A stretch of 64,000 bases of DNA from positions 12,919 to 76,918 of the IMG/VR virus record IMGVR_UViG_2974672511_000001; one strand, written 5' to 3'. Under the pieces are notes generated by a model that saw only the letters and a list, made by a program, of their open reading frames with translations, did no database searches and had not been told where the DNA came from. This document shows positions 21,301-29,392 of this stretch, piece after piece; the first letter of the stretch is position 1; each line of letters begins with the position of its first letter. Both the position numbers and the translations under genes were made by a program. The stretch is from a virus. Taxonomy: Duplodnaviria; Heunggongvirae; Uroviricota; Caudoviricetes; Schitoviridae.

Positions 21301-24300
21301 TCTAAGACTCGTGTACAAGCTAAATATGGCAACCAGACTAAGAAGGTTCCTTCCGAAGGTATTCGTAGAGTTCCAGCAGCTCCGGGTGTTGGTGCAGGTC
21401 CAATGGGTATTCACAGTGCAGATGCTTCAATCATGCTTGAGACTTACGATAACGATATCGACTCTATTGGTGTTCATGATGCTAACTTAATCGGTATTAC
21501 TGACGCTAAGAAGCTAGGCCAAGTACAGAACAAAGCTTTTGAAACTGTTACGCGCGAAACGAGCGTAATGGTAGAAGCTCTTAAAGCTTTCCGTAATTCT
21601 GACCAAACTTACGCAGCTATCATTAAGGAAGAAGGTTTAAACCGTGCTGAGCTTGATAATGCAGTTACTCAATTGGATAAGCCTATTGAAGCAGCTACCA
21701 TCCGTAGTCGTGTGACTGACTTAGTAGCTTCTGCTAAAGAAGCAGACAAAGTAAAAGACGATATGTGGAAGAATACTCGCTACGTACACCAGTACGCAGA
21801 CCACAACGGTGTATCAGTGCATGAGTCAAATACTAAAACTTGGGAGCGTTTCCAATACGTTAAGTCAGGCGATGCTAAGCGATTAGTTACTCAAGCAGTA
21901 GACGAAGTCGTAACAGAGAGTATTAGCAACGGAGGTGCAACACTACGTTCTAAAGCATTAGGCTTAACTCGTCCTGCAGCACAGAAGGAGGTTACTCAAC
22001 CGTCATTACGTGATCAGTTACGCTCTAATCGTAATGTAAATCTGAGCCTAGAGAATGGTACTCTACGTACTGCGGCAAATGCCTTGGCAGACGTTATACG
22101 TCAACATGGTAATCGTAGTGAACTTGGTTCCCTAGCATCAGTACTTCAACGTTCTGTAGGTAATATGACTATACCGACTAGTATTTCCAATGCTGAAAGA
22201 GTTGTGGAGTATTTTGCTAAAGAGGCGGAGTCTCGCAACATTAAACTACGTACCCCAACTGTACGTCAACAGCGTCTATACACTGAAGCATTAGGTTCAA
22301 GCGCAAGTATTAACTTTACTGAAGCAAGTGATGTAGGTAACTACGATAACTCAGTTGATGTTGACCTAACTAACGTTAGTGATGTATTTGAATCATTACC
22401 GGCAACAGGCGGTAAGATTGAAAACACTGCTCATAAAGAGACACTACGTAACATGGTATTCAATCTAACTAACAAGTTAACTGAACCATTTGGTTTCCAT
22501 ATGCGTGAGACAGAAGATGCTCCTAACTACGGTGTAGCAACTCAGTCTGACATCTTCCTAACTACGTTAGCGAATGGAGCACCAGAAACATCAGGTATCT
22601 TGGCTCAAGGTATTCGTATGAGTCCTGAAGAGATTATGGCCCACGAACTTAACCACTTAGTGTTTATGGAAGGTTTTAAAACTGACTCTCGTTACCGTCG
22701 TCAATTTGAGCGTATCTTTGATGCGGTTAAAGCAAAAGCAACTCCAGATGTCTTCTTAGATAATCCGGCTACTGCAACTGCAGCAGAACGTGAAGGTGCA
22801 CAGCGTCACTTCGACTACATCTTTAACAACAAAGATGGTAACAACCTAGAAGAGTTCGGTGCATTCGCTACTACTAACGAGAAGCTAATTGACTTCGTTA
22901 ATACAGTAAACATTAAGCCTGAGAAGTGGTTTGAAGGTGATGGCGCTTACGAGATTATGTCTAACATCCTGTCACGTATCGTAGACAGTTTTAACTCTCG
23001 TATTCTTAACCTTAGAGACGTTAGCAACGATAAGAAGTTATTTGCCCTAATGGACGCTATGAATGGTATCTCGGGTAAGAAGCAGAATGGTATTATCCAA
23101 GCGGCACAGTCAGCAGCGGCTTTAGGTCAGATGGCTATGCAAGCTCCATCAGCAATGATCGAAGGTGCAGCGCGTAAACTGGCAAATGTTCCTACGTTCA
23201 AAGACAGTCGTTTCGCTACAGTACGCGTACTATCTGAGGCAGTCCGTAAAGGCAATACTGGTCGCGATCTTAACCAAGCTATGTTAACGCATCTCAACAC
23301 AATGCGAGATATTGCTACAGAAGGTAAGTACGGTTGGTTCCAGTCTACTGCCGATGAGATGATTGGTCGTACAATTGACACAGCAGTGTTCCGTGACATG
23401 CAACGTACGTCTAACGTAACTCTAGATATGGCACGTAAGCGTGCAAAAGATGCAATGACCAAGCATGTTCAGAATGCATTCAAAACTCCTGTACAGGAAC
23501 ATGAGTGGAACGCAATGAACAAGATACTAGTTAAACTGGACATCGATTCTATTAGTGACGTTGGTTTTGAGAAACTACAGCAACTAATCACTGATGAGGC
23601 GGCACTGGATACAGAGATTGCAGGTCTAGAGCAGTTACTGAAGACTTTCAATAACTACAACTTCTACCGTCGTCATGCTGAGAACTTAGGTTACTTCATG
23701 AATACTGGTCGTAGTATGGAAGATGTAGCTCTACTTAACGCACACAACATCTCTAAAGGTTACGGTGACGCTAAGATGAATGTGAGTGATGCTCAAGCAG
23801 CAAGAGTAGAACCAATCATAGATAGACTAGCAACGCTTTACGGTATCAAGCATGCAGATGCTGTGAACTTGAATGCGGTAGCAGATCTACTTCAACGAGA
23901 CCCTGAGGGCGTTAATGCAGTAATCGATGCTCACCATACTCTGAAGGAAGGTTCTAAAGCACAGTTTGCTTCTACTCAAGAGCAGAAGACTTTGTCTATG
24001 AAAGGTTGGACTAAAGAAGAGTACAATGCGGCTACAGGCATTGAAGTAGCTACTCTTGACCGTAAGGAAGAGTTAGAGGCACAAGGTTACATCATCCAAA
24101 AGGATCCTATTCCTCGCGATAGCAAAGACCCTGTCCAAGACGATATGTATATCTTTGTGGCTCCAGATGGTGCACTTGCTCCATACATGGCACAGATTGC
24201 ATCTCTAACTAGTAACGTAGCTAAAGGTTCGGATACGGTTAAAGTTGAATCTCAGTACGGTGCAGACAATCCATACGATTCAGGTCTGGTAGATATCGGT

Positions 24301-25830
24301 ATCATTAATAAAGGTAAAGAGGCTTCTCAGGCTCAAGTTCACTTGAACCCTGTTAGTCCGGGCCCTAGCGGTAACAAGATGATTCCTATCATCTCACCTA
24401 AGACTGGTAAAGTTACAGGTTGGCGTTACATGATGACTGAAGCTAACCGCGATGAGTTACTTCAGAAGGAGAACAATGTAGCTAATGTTCTTGGCGCAAT
24501 GGCTGGTAATGTTGTGGATAAGGTTAAAACTCAGGAAGTGAATAAAGATTTGGTGGTTGCAGCTAAAGCTCAATACGATGCAGACGTAGCTAAAGGACGT
24601 GGTCGTGCGTATGTTGAGATTAGTGAAGAATCAGAAGGTAAACACCTTGAGATTTGGCGTCGAATGCCTACTGAGATGCAGAATGAAGTGATCAAGGCGT
24701 TTGGTACTCCTCGAATGATGGTACGTTCTGACCTTGTAGATCAGATGTTCGGTTATCGTAAACCAAGTGTAATAGAGTTGTTCGATAAAGACCCTGCGGC
24801 ACGTAGATATTGGGAGCATCTAGTGGTTAAGATTCTTGAGACTGTATTCCCTAAGGAAACAGTACAGAAGGTTCGTAAAGCAGAGAACATCCTTCAGGCA
24901 CTAGTACAAGAGACTAAGGATATTATTGTAGTACGTTCAATAGTAGTACCACTGTTCAACGTATTCTCGAATACAATGTTCCTAATGTTGCAAGGTATTA
25001 ACCCTGTATCTGCAATCAAGGGCCAAGTTGAAGCGTATGTAGCAGGTAACCGTCTAGTAGCGGATATCCGTAAACACGACCAACTAACTATTGAACTATC
25101 TCGTAAGTCTAACAACGCAACTACGCGTACAAGACTTCAAGGTGAAATAGCAGCTGTTAAGCGACGTATTGAGATTAACCCTACTAATGCATCTTACCAA
25201 GCAGGCTTGATGCCTTCAGTAGTAGATGATGCAGCGGCAGACGTTAATGTATCTAACTCTCTTCGTGGTCAGACTCAACGTAAAGTAAGTGCAGCTATCG
25301 ATAAGAAGTTTGGTCGTATGCCGGCTCTAGTTCCAGATGCAATCAAAGGTGTTCTAGGTTTACCAGACAGTACTGCGTACTTAGCGATGAACAACTTTGT
25401 ACGTAACTCGGACTTCATTGCTCGTCACGTTGTAGCTAACCACTGGGCAAAGCAGCAGGCTAAAGAGCAAGGTCGTGCTGTAACTCCAGAGCAGATGAAT
25501 GAGCACTACGCAGAAGCTGTTGAACTATTCGTTAACTTCGATGCACCTACTCACCGTGGTACACAGTACTCGAATGATATAGGTATCGCTTGGTTCACTA
25601 AGTACCTGTTCCGAGTTAACCGAGGTGTTGCAAGAACATTCCTGAAGAATCCAGTTAAGGTATCTCTAGCGATGCTTGGTATGGATTCAGCAGGGTTTGA
25701 TGCAATGGCTGATACTCCAATAGGTTCAGCGATGGTAGCAGGACGTAATCCTCTAACTGCACTAGGTAATCCTATTTCTTCAGCTATCGGAGCACTAAGC
25801 CTAACAGTACCGGGACAAGTGATCAGCTAA
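15400..25830 (+). CDS. virion-encapsidated RNA polymerase (vRNAP, N4 gp50-like) with an N-terminal T4-lysozyme-like domain
   Basis: 3476 aa. T7-like RNAP motifs are present: MEIDGKTNGIIIS (motif A-like), IGVHDANLIG (motif C-like). The N-terminus ANIF...EEEGYADAPYEDTKGIITTGVGQT aligns with T4 lysozyme MNIF...DEG...YKDTEGYYTIGIGH. RBS AAGAGGAA. Confidence 0.9.
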   Translation: MANIFHGAEAVNQVELAEGPLSPIERVIVEEEGYADAPYEDTKGIITTGVGQTGEYSSMSVKEAIADKTQQTRNLIPAFDSLDVDTQAQLVSAMYRGDLGQSPKAVALFNQGNYAEAADEFLNNEEYRTTQHPAIQRRMERNANAMRNAGAPMEAAAEFNLMNNPEIAPITSQTTVPTTGDKKMVELETRNAEKMAQMAETSHNNKLKAAGMTTEQFSALDQTFEEYVASGDTMEAASRATFYLEAERTREELTAAINAPEDKVIFDDLDNPLHFAGNTALSTLNTIGNIFGGLASMPSEISAGLLLSSVSDEEMAMYTQLQGRAEDLWTDEERKWYQDNRRAVANIQRAETQLTASGNLSDITGALAPYVNQELTEDFRAEGKSIFDDAVAGESSAGEVFARLTDLFTDNPGALAQATVESLPYWFAIAYSMPMTFASGWANNQQEAVTAFETANGTLPTDSDLAKVTALTFTQALMDLAGDRLVTGGAANLKKTAAAITGKEVVAKGVLAATGRAAVSAAGDFGAEGGADALGQLAATAGEGDVDFGESFGAGLLGAGSSAMTSGVIDTPQVLASVGKATANTSKKAVDTAKEVKTGVNYSKAIKANDPTALPEQGAKGYDAKQDAEARTSMLESGKLEESVAKENYSQIIKDANTRIKEFQALKAKIDAGDTSVQAEAVALRKEIAAIAPIIKRAKASRAPKNVQAQATNLATAKTNNSNTQAAVNTVLGSMSQDPQAIPVETVKQILDNKYIKLTAFQRARMNANLTTRSAEVSLDEVSREIIQGSEANMGVRQYVADVLAAAEIGDTNTVNTLITGLRSFRTSQVAKLNREGNTANFTKNVTKEIRYMDAALNEMRIAIGDSNVSDTTDTTVATDDVVANDVREVTENDSNITSDTTNSDSDSVPVPSEGVAEQQASAPSEAQVAEGTTPTTTTTLSPLAQSLPEPIQLPDDAEISQSDLHVDTLIEEAQVLLAEGTTYDQTIEAVRERFGDETANFVADGLDSEQAVNQGTLSEQLTRSITQAPEETAYSVDLDAVDNVNTRLENVITSAGLAQSSPHLKDAMDGVKAAIRSGATVAAAVKEIVPAYTGKPVKRMNTSIRKLQADINRVPTNVDSGMTATERKSWLQQVNWVKEFFAPTNPDNILQTNGSIFDQASSQRQVEEYIDRPLTDGELEQYMDYQTRRKSLLTALDEVFSAEGYTDNYALGETYTLDGKTVKKAPKYNDMMQYLAEDGELPTGVKEAVVAAAYNWVATTANDTLYNEDSAMNSIIGETNSDAHVHRDVRNILQGKGTTRTTVLQSLGKDVLGIIGISGTRNAPGNVDTALETSLGQFTLEVMKQAGVVKQDRLSTEETKTLNRFSKDSDGVSPNIRFIKAAVGKDGKLHNKLDQVTQHMKDARVSARETGTPAAWTQMFGITSRQVFPEFEKPTSVATKVTGTNRNVPRKTQEVLTKHNTREHFLKGDLTAMAQTMSETAHEAFMGLLGVRDPETVHVSRREAQKAENRNIERVWGNFDEFYRQNLEVGLDQPHYYTHNVWKNGRFGIAQNMVNPQGDKNHRAFIKQKGWDVELDPNNIEQMKQFWAAMDEELGFDNRNDMPKHIQEAANIARGFLETDTFEDGDIETLSQIIRTELGGATNTAMLKLDAIMHIARHDIAVDTNETFQSEMFMEIDGKTNGIIISLIQYGAAATGIDLLKLVGMGGLYGEGEVRNFNDFKKAGNLDAYNKLAKDWIKNLREAYTGADVTAMFKLYGLIDEKGNAIPKQERNLAKNPLMVIFYSSGEKAVKQSLGSAFTETVMDKLEAAGQAGDLQAYNALRNDLNTIVAGALPAVTQASQILETDLSNATLAKLEQKVGEVFGATAYAEVQNQYPEYMTRRDQVRDVFDSMYRRHAVLREKLIEARKAQLVEQGQLTNVEDMAKHEYRAIDERIAAIGPHFNSHATKGGDVTESIDPSKTKTEVDSKTRVQAKYGNQTKKVPSEGIRRVPAAPGVGAGPMGIHSADASIMLETYDNDIDSIGVHDANLIGITDAKKLGQVQNKAFETVTRETSVMVEALKAFRNSDQTYAAIIKEEGLNRAELDNAVTQLDKPIEAATIRSRVTDLVASAKEADKVKDDMWKNTRYVHQYADHNGVSVHESNTKTWERFQYVKSGDAKRLVTQAVDEVVTESISNGGATLRSKALGLTRPAAQKEVTQPSLRDQLRSNRNVNLSLENGTLRTAANALADVIRQHGNRSELGSLASVLQRSVGNMTIPTSISNAERVVEYFAKEAESRNIKLRTPTVRQQRLYTEALGSSASINFTEASDVGNYDNSVDVDLTNVSDVFESLPATGGKIENTAHKETLRNMVFNLTNKLTEPFGFHMRETEDAPNYGVATQSDIFLTTLANGAPETSGILAQGIRMSPEEIMAHELNHLVFMEGFKTDSRYRRQFERIFDAVKAKATPDVFLDNPATATAAEREGAQRHFDYIFNNKDGNNLEEFGAFATTNEKLIDFVNTVNIKPEKWFEGDGAYEIMSNILSRIVDSFNSRILNLRDVSNDKKLFALMDAMNGISGKKQNGIIQAAQSAAALGQMAMQAPSAMIEGAARKLANVPTFKDSRFATVRVLSEAVRKGNTGRDLNQAMLTHLNTMRDIATEGKYGWFQSTADEMIGRTIDTAVFRDMQRTSNVTLDMARKRAKDAMTKHVQNAFKTPVQEHEWNAMNKILVKLDIDSISDVGFEKLQQLITDEAALDTEIAGLEQLLKTFNNYNFYRRHAENLGYFMNTGRSMEDVALLNAHNISKGYGDAKMNVSDAQAARVEPIIDRLATLYGIKHADAVNLNAVADLLQRDPEGVNAVIDAHHTLKEGSKAQFASTQEQKTLSMKGWTKEEYNAATGIEVATLDRKEELEAQGYIIQKDPIPRDSKDPVQDDMYIFVAPDGALAPYMAQIASLTSNVAKGSDTVKVESQYGADNPYDSGLVDIGIINKGKEASQAQVHLNPVSPGPSGNKMIPIISPKTGKVTGWRYMMTEANRDELLQKENNVANVLGAMAGNVVDKVKTQEVNKDLVVAAKAQYDADVAKGRGRAYVEISEESEGKHLEIWRRMPTEMQNEVIKAFGTPRMMVRSDLVDQMFGYRKPSVIELFDKDPAARRYWEHLVVKILETVFPKETVQKVRKAENILQALVQETKDIIVVRSIVVPLFNVFSNTMFLMLQGINPVSAIKGQVEAYVAGNRLVADIRKHDQLTIELSRKSNNATTRTRLQGEIAAVKRRIEINPTNASYQAGLMPSVVDDAAADVNVSNSLRGQTQRKVSAAIDKKFGRMPALVPDAIKGVLGLPDSTAYLAMNNFVRNSDFIARHVVANHWAKQQAKEQGRAVTPEQMNEHYAEAVELFVNFDAPTHRGTQYSNDIGIAWFTKYLFRVNRGVARTFLKNPVKVSLAMLGMDSAGFDAMADTPIGSAMVAGRNPLTALGNPISSAIGALSLTVPGQVIS

Positions 25831-25839
25831 ACTCCACAT

Positions 25840-25874
25840 AAAAAAGCCCCTCACTAGGAGGGGCTATTTCTTTT
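25840..25874. terminator. bidirectional intrinsic terminator at the convergence of the late (+) and middle (−) transcription units
   Basis: A6, then GCCCCTC-ACTAG-GAGGGGC, then TATTTCTTTT. Confidence 0.8.
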
Positions 25875-25955
25875 AGTACTTTTTAGTCCATGGCAGTATT
25901 TGATTCACGCCATAGAGTATGAGGCATATCCCGACTACTAACCAGAACATGGAGG

Positions 25956-26294
25956 TTAACCAAATAATGATGTTTTTGCGGTCACAGTTTCCGCCTCAGT
26001 TTCGAAAGGAGCTTCATCTTCTTCATCGGTAACTTCAGGGGCAACTTCCACTTCTTCTACCACATCGCGTACATCGCCTAGAGATGGGCCTGGACCGCAT
26101 TTAGGTTCTTCAACTACATCACCAAAGTGTGCCTCCACACTAACAGCAATGCTGTCTTTACCTGAACGTTTAGCAGCAAACTCGATTGAGTCTACAATGA
26201 TAGTTGGATCTTGCTTAGCAATTAGTTCAATAAGTGCCTGCTCAACATCCGCTTGTGTAACCTTAATTTTAAGGCTCTTGATGATCTCTAACAT
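25956..26294 (-). CDS. acidic protein ending in SLFG (112 aa)
   Basis: Acidic C-terminal half ending KTSLFG. It has the same C-terminal tetrapeptide as the SSB-like protein at 27152..27889. Confidence 0.5.
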   Translation of the reverse strand: MLEIIKSLKIKVTQADVEQALIELIAKQDPTIIVDSIEFAAKRSGKDSIAVSVEAHFGDVVEEPKCGPGPSLGDVRDVVEEVEVAPEVTDEEDEAPFETEAETVTAKTSLFG

Positions 26295-26688
26295 GTGTTT
26301 CCTTAATATGTATTTCTACTCTTGGATTGTCCTTATCAAACCCTCCAAAAGACTGATGTGCATTTGTAATATACCGCCAATCATCACCGTCTATATGACC
26401 CAGCTCAACAAGGGCATCTTCAAAGAACTTCTGATGGATGGCGGTATGGTTACCCAAGTCACCTTTACGCTTATCTTTGGAAAACCAAACATAAGTAATC
26501 TCAGGTTTAATGTACTTAGGTAACTTATCGATCTGAGGTTTCATTAGCACTTTGTAGTACTTCTTAACCTCATTGTTTTCTCTATGATGAGAATTCCTAT
26601 ACCAGCTCAGGCTGATAGGTATCCGTTTATCCTTTTTCGTCTTTCTTGTTAAGAAGACTGCAGTAGGTGCTGTAACAATCTGAGTCAT
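26269..26688 (-). CDS. RusA-like Holliday-junction resolvase
   Basis: DLGNHTAIHQKFFEDALVELGHIDGDDWRYI resembles the RusA D-x-D-N...K...D...DD catalytic signature. 139 aa. Confidence 0.5.
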   Translation of the reverse strand: MTQIVTAPTAVFLTRKTKKDKRIPISLSWYRNSHHRENNEVKKYYKVLMKPQIDKLPKYIKPEITYVWFSKDKRKGDLGNHTAIHQKFFEDALVELGHIDGDDWRYITNAHQSFGGFDKDNPRVEIHIKETHVRDHQEP

Positions 26689-27152
26689 ATCACCGCCTTT
26701 TTATGCGTTAATCCGTGTAAATCTATGTAATCATTACGTGCTTGCGCTGCATCTTCAGGAGTGTCGTAACATCCAATATTAATGCGTTTCTTATCATAGT
26801 TTATTACAGACCTCCACTTATTTAGCTTGGCGTGGAAGGTTACTCCAGTAAACCCTGAAGTATTATTCTTAAACTTCTTTCTGTTAATACACTGCTCTGA
26901 GTAGGATACCCATCGGCAATTAGAAGGGGAGTAGTCGAGCGCACTATTCTTACGGTCAATTGATAGGGTGCTAGCGTACCCGTTACTCAATGACCACTCT
27001 TGGAATACGCTGTATTTCTGCCACTCACTGCAGACCCTAATACCTTTGCCACCGTAGTCAGGGAAAGCATCGACATTAGAGTTGCTGCACCGATTCTTCA
27101 TCATTCGCCATATATTATATAGCCTTGAGTTGGAGTCTCGGTGCGAGGCCAT
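26685..27152 (-). CDS. HNH homing endonuclease with AP2 DNA-binding domain
   Basis: YNIWRMMKNRC...YGGKGIRVCSEW...SIDRKN...YSPSNCRW (HNH_3-type), then FTGVTFHAKLNKWRSVINY...IGCYDTPEDAAQARNDY (AP2-like). Confidence 0.7.
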   Translation of the reverse strand: MASHRDSNSRLYNIWRMMKNRCSNSNVDAFPDYGGKGIRVCSEWQKYSVFQEWSLSNGYASTLSIDRKNSALDYSPSNCRWVSYSEQCINRKKFKNNTSGFTGVTFHAKLNKWRSVINYDKKRINIGCYDTPEDAAQARNDYIDLHGLTHKKAVI

Positions 27153-27889
27153 TAACCGAACAGGCTACCAGCTTTAGGAGCTGCAGGAGCACCTGCTGTT
27201 GGAGCGGCTGCACCGGCTTTAGCGCCTTTAGACTTGTCACGAACGTTGCCACGGTTCTTCTCTTCCCATGCAGTCTTGAACGTAGCTTCACGTAGACCTG
27301 CTTCAGCTTCAGTCACAGTTACTTCGAACTCTTCGTGGAAAGCTTTAACAACTTCGTTCTGCTCCTTCGTCTCGCCACCCGGAGCGTAAGAACCGTCCGG
27401 TTGCTGTACGTTCTTGTCAACGATCTGCTTTTCAACAGCTAGGATAACGCGCTGACCGATTAGATCATCGAACACATCACGTTGCTGAGGAACTTCTTTA
27501 CGTTGAGTAAAGTCGTAGATACCTACTGCACGAGACTCAGTGTCTTGATCAAACAGTGGAGTGTCTGAAGCCAGTACACAGATATCGTCTACAATACTGT
27601 AGCCCGGAAGTGGACGTTGCTTACCGCTACGTTTATCTTCATAGTAGTGCTTGTTGCCTTTAGCATCACCAGAAGTTACCCACTGCTGAGAACGAAGCTT
27701 CTTGCCATTGTCGTCTTCAAAGTCGAAGTTAACTGACATCGCACCGCCACGTGAATAATCCACGTATGCCATCTTAATAGTAACTGCGTATGTGTCCGTA
27801 TCCCAAGGACCGAAACCGCCACCACCAAGTGAATCTACTGCTTTCTCAATTACTACTGAATCTGCTTTAAGTTTATCGAAGATACCCAT
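27152..27889 (-). CDS. putative ssDNA-binding protein (N4 gp45-like), C-terminal SLFG tail
   Basis: Start moved to MGIFDK (ATG at 27889). Size and position in the replication module. Gly-rich N-terminus and Ala/Pro-rich basic tail ending AGSLFG. Assignment rests on position only. Confidence 0.35.
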   Translation of the reverse strand: MGIFDKLKADSVVIEKAVDSLGGGGFGPWDTDTYAVTIKMAYVDYSRGGAMSVNFDFEDDNGKKLRSQQWVTSGDAKGNKHYYEDKRSGKQRPLPGYSIVDDICVLASDTPLFDQDTESRAVGIYDFTQRKEVPQQRDVFDDLIGQRVILAVEKQIVDKNVQQPDGSYAPGGETKEQNEVVKAFHEEFEVTVTEAEAGLREATFKTAWEEKNRGNVRDKSKGAKAGAAAPTAGAPAAPKAGSLFG

Positions 27890-27908
27890 AATATAAATCT
27901 CTCTCTTT

Positions 27909-28382
27909 TTATTGAATTGGATGTGGAAGGTTATTAGTGCGGATATATGTGTTTCTCGCATCTAAGGCTTCCTGTTCCGTTAAGTAAGTTTTGTCGAATA
28001 AGCTCTTACCGTTTAGGTTAATTCGAGCTCTCCAACGTTGTTTAGCTTTATTCCACCCAATACCCATATACTTATTATTGCCATGCCCGGAGTGGGTCCT
28101 ATTGGCATTCTGTATATTGAGATTAGTCCAACGCAAGTTACCCTGTTCATAATTCTTATTAGAATCGATTCTGTCCAAAGTTAAGTTTACTGGATCACAA
28201 TCAGGAAGGGATTCAACATACGCCTTGTAATCATCAAAGGCTTGTAGTGTAGGGCATATGGATATACCACGTGCCCCGTAGTTTTTGTAACTAACATAGT
28301 TAGGGTTATTGCACCTCTGACGCATCGCTAACCAGCGACCGTATAGAGGGTCTAACTCTTTACCAGACCTAATCCTCGCCAT
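27909..28382 (-). CDS. HNH homing endonuclease with AP2 domain
   Basis: YGRWLAMRQRCNNPNYVSYKNYGARGISICPTL...LDRIDSNKNYEQGNLRW, then GIGWNKAKQRWRARINLNGKSLFDKTYLTEQEALDARNTY. Confidence 0.7.
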   Translation of the reverse strand: MARIRSGKELDPLYGRWLAMRQRCNNPNYVSYKNYGARGISICPTLQAFDDYKAYVESLPDCDPVNLTLDRIDSNKNYEQGNLRWTNLNIQNANRTHSGHGNNKYMGIGWNKAKQRWRARINLNGKSLFDKTYLTEQEALDARNTYIRTNNLPHPIQ

Positions 28383-29100
28383 AGTATTCGCGCAGGCGGT
28401 TAAGTACAGCCTCGCAATCGTTATCTATGTAGATTTCTTTAGGTGCCCAAAGGCCCATCGGACTACGAATACGTTCGTTAACAGTCTTCTTGGTAAGTTG
28501 TACTTGGAATACGTGTTTGAAGCCTAGCGCTTCTTCTTGAGGTGTGATGTTAAGTAGATCACTCTCATTATCTTTAAGATCTTTGAGTTGAACTTTCTTA
28601 GCCGCCACAACCGTAGAGAAGTAAGCTTCTACGCCTTGGTTCATGATAGAACCTTTAACTTTCACACAGGTCTCTAAGATTGCATCTTCAGTCATTACAT
28701 CACTTACGTGTGCAAGGAAGATTACGTTCTTAGTAGACTTAGCTACGTGCTGCTGCATTAGACGTTTGAAGTACTGAGCGTAATCGCCCCAAGCCTTCAT
28801 CGTGTTTGCAGAGTTGAGAACATACAGCGATTCGTATTGATCCATTAAGAAGCTTAACGTATCGATTACGATCGTATGAATCTCTGGCATCGCTTCCGCT
28901 GCCGCAAAGCCTTCTTCGACTTGCGCAGGATCGACAATCTTGAATTCTTTAAATTTGCTACGAAACGGTAGTTTCTTGCCCGCTTCTGTACCTAAGTACA
29001 TAACACCTTCTGGGTTAGCCAGATTCATTAGTGAAGCAGATTTACCTGCACCTGATTTACCACCAACCAAAAATAGTTGGTCATTTACGTCATTAGACAT
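28369..29100 (-). CDS. RecA-fold ATPase (AAA_24 / Sak4-like recombination ATPase candidate)
   Basis: N-terminal Walker A LVGGKSGAGKS. ~240 aa. Hydrophobic-D Walker B (IVIDTLS). Confidence 0.5.
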   Translation of the reverse strand: MSNDVNDQLFLVGGKSGAGKSASLMNLANPEGVMYLGTEAGKKLPFRSKFKEFKIVDPAQVEEGFAAAEAMPEIHTIVIDTLSFLMDQYESLYVLNSANTMKAWGDYAQYFKRLMQQHVAKSTKNVIFLAHVSDVMTEDAILETCVKVKGSIMNQGVEAYFSTVVAAKKVQLKDLKDNESDLLNITPQEEALGFKHVFQVQLTKKTVNERIRSPMGLWAPKEIYIDNDCEAVLNRLREYYGED

Positions 29101-29109
29101 GAGTGTTCC

Positions 29110-29316
29110 TTATGAGTTTACGGGAGGATATTTTTCATAGTCCTCCGCGCAGTCTTTATCACAGAACCGCCCACCTTCCGGTAGTTGCTCTGCACAATTG
29201 AGGCAGTAACCTGTCGAACGTTGTGACTTACTAAGGTCTTTACGAGCTGCCTCTATTGAGATCTTCAACTTTTCTAGTTGTATTTGCTCCGCCTTTTCTA
29301 AATCACTGTCATTCAT
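29110..29316 (-). CDS. C4 zinc-finger protein, DksA/TraR-like
   Basis: CLNC-x17-CDKDC near the C-terminus of a 68-aa coiled-coil protein. Confidence 0.45.
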   Translation of the reverse strand: MNDSDLEKAEQIQLEKLKISIEAARKDLSKSQRSTGYCLNCAEQLPEGGRFCDKDCAEDYEKYPPVNS

Positions 29317-29392
29317 ACCAGATCCTCCCTCAGTTCTTCGTCATACTCAGGAACCCAAATATCATCTTGATATTCTGAGGCCATCTGTATCC

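Noticed and set aside
22600-22660. HEXXH (MAHELNHLVF) inside the vRNAP C-terminal region as a metalloprotease site
   Set aside because: A single short motif in a 3476-aa protein is expected by chance. No supporting third ligand or context is recognisable.
16125-25115. Numerous 60–130-aa ORFs on the − strand inside the vRNAP gene (e.g. 16125..16355, 16506..16898, 17343..17570, 21073..21414, 23127..23462)
   Set aside because: They are antisense to a continuous 3476-aa reading frame with clear RNAP motifs. They have no RBS and low-complexity translations, so they are spurious.
26149-26523. 124-aa + strand ORF
   Set aside because: Antisense to two tightly packed − strand genes (25956..26294 and the RusA-like gene). 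Cys/Ile-rich nonsense-like translation.
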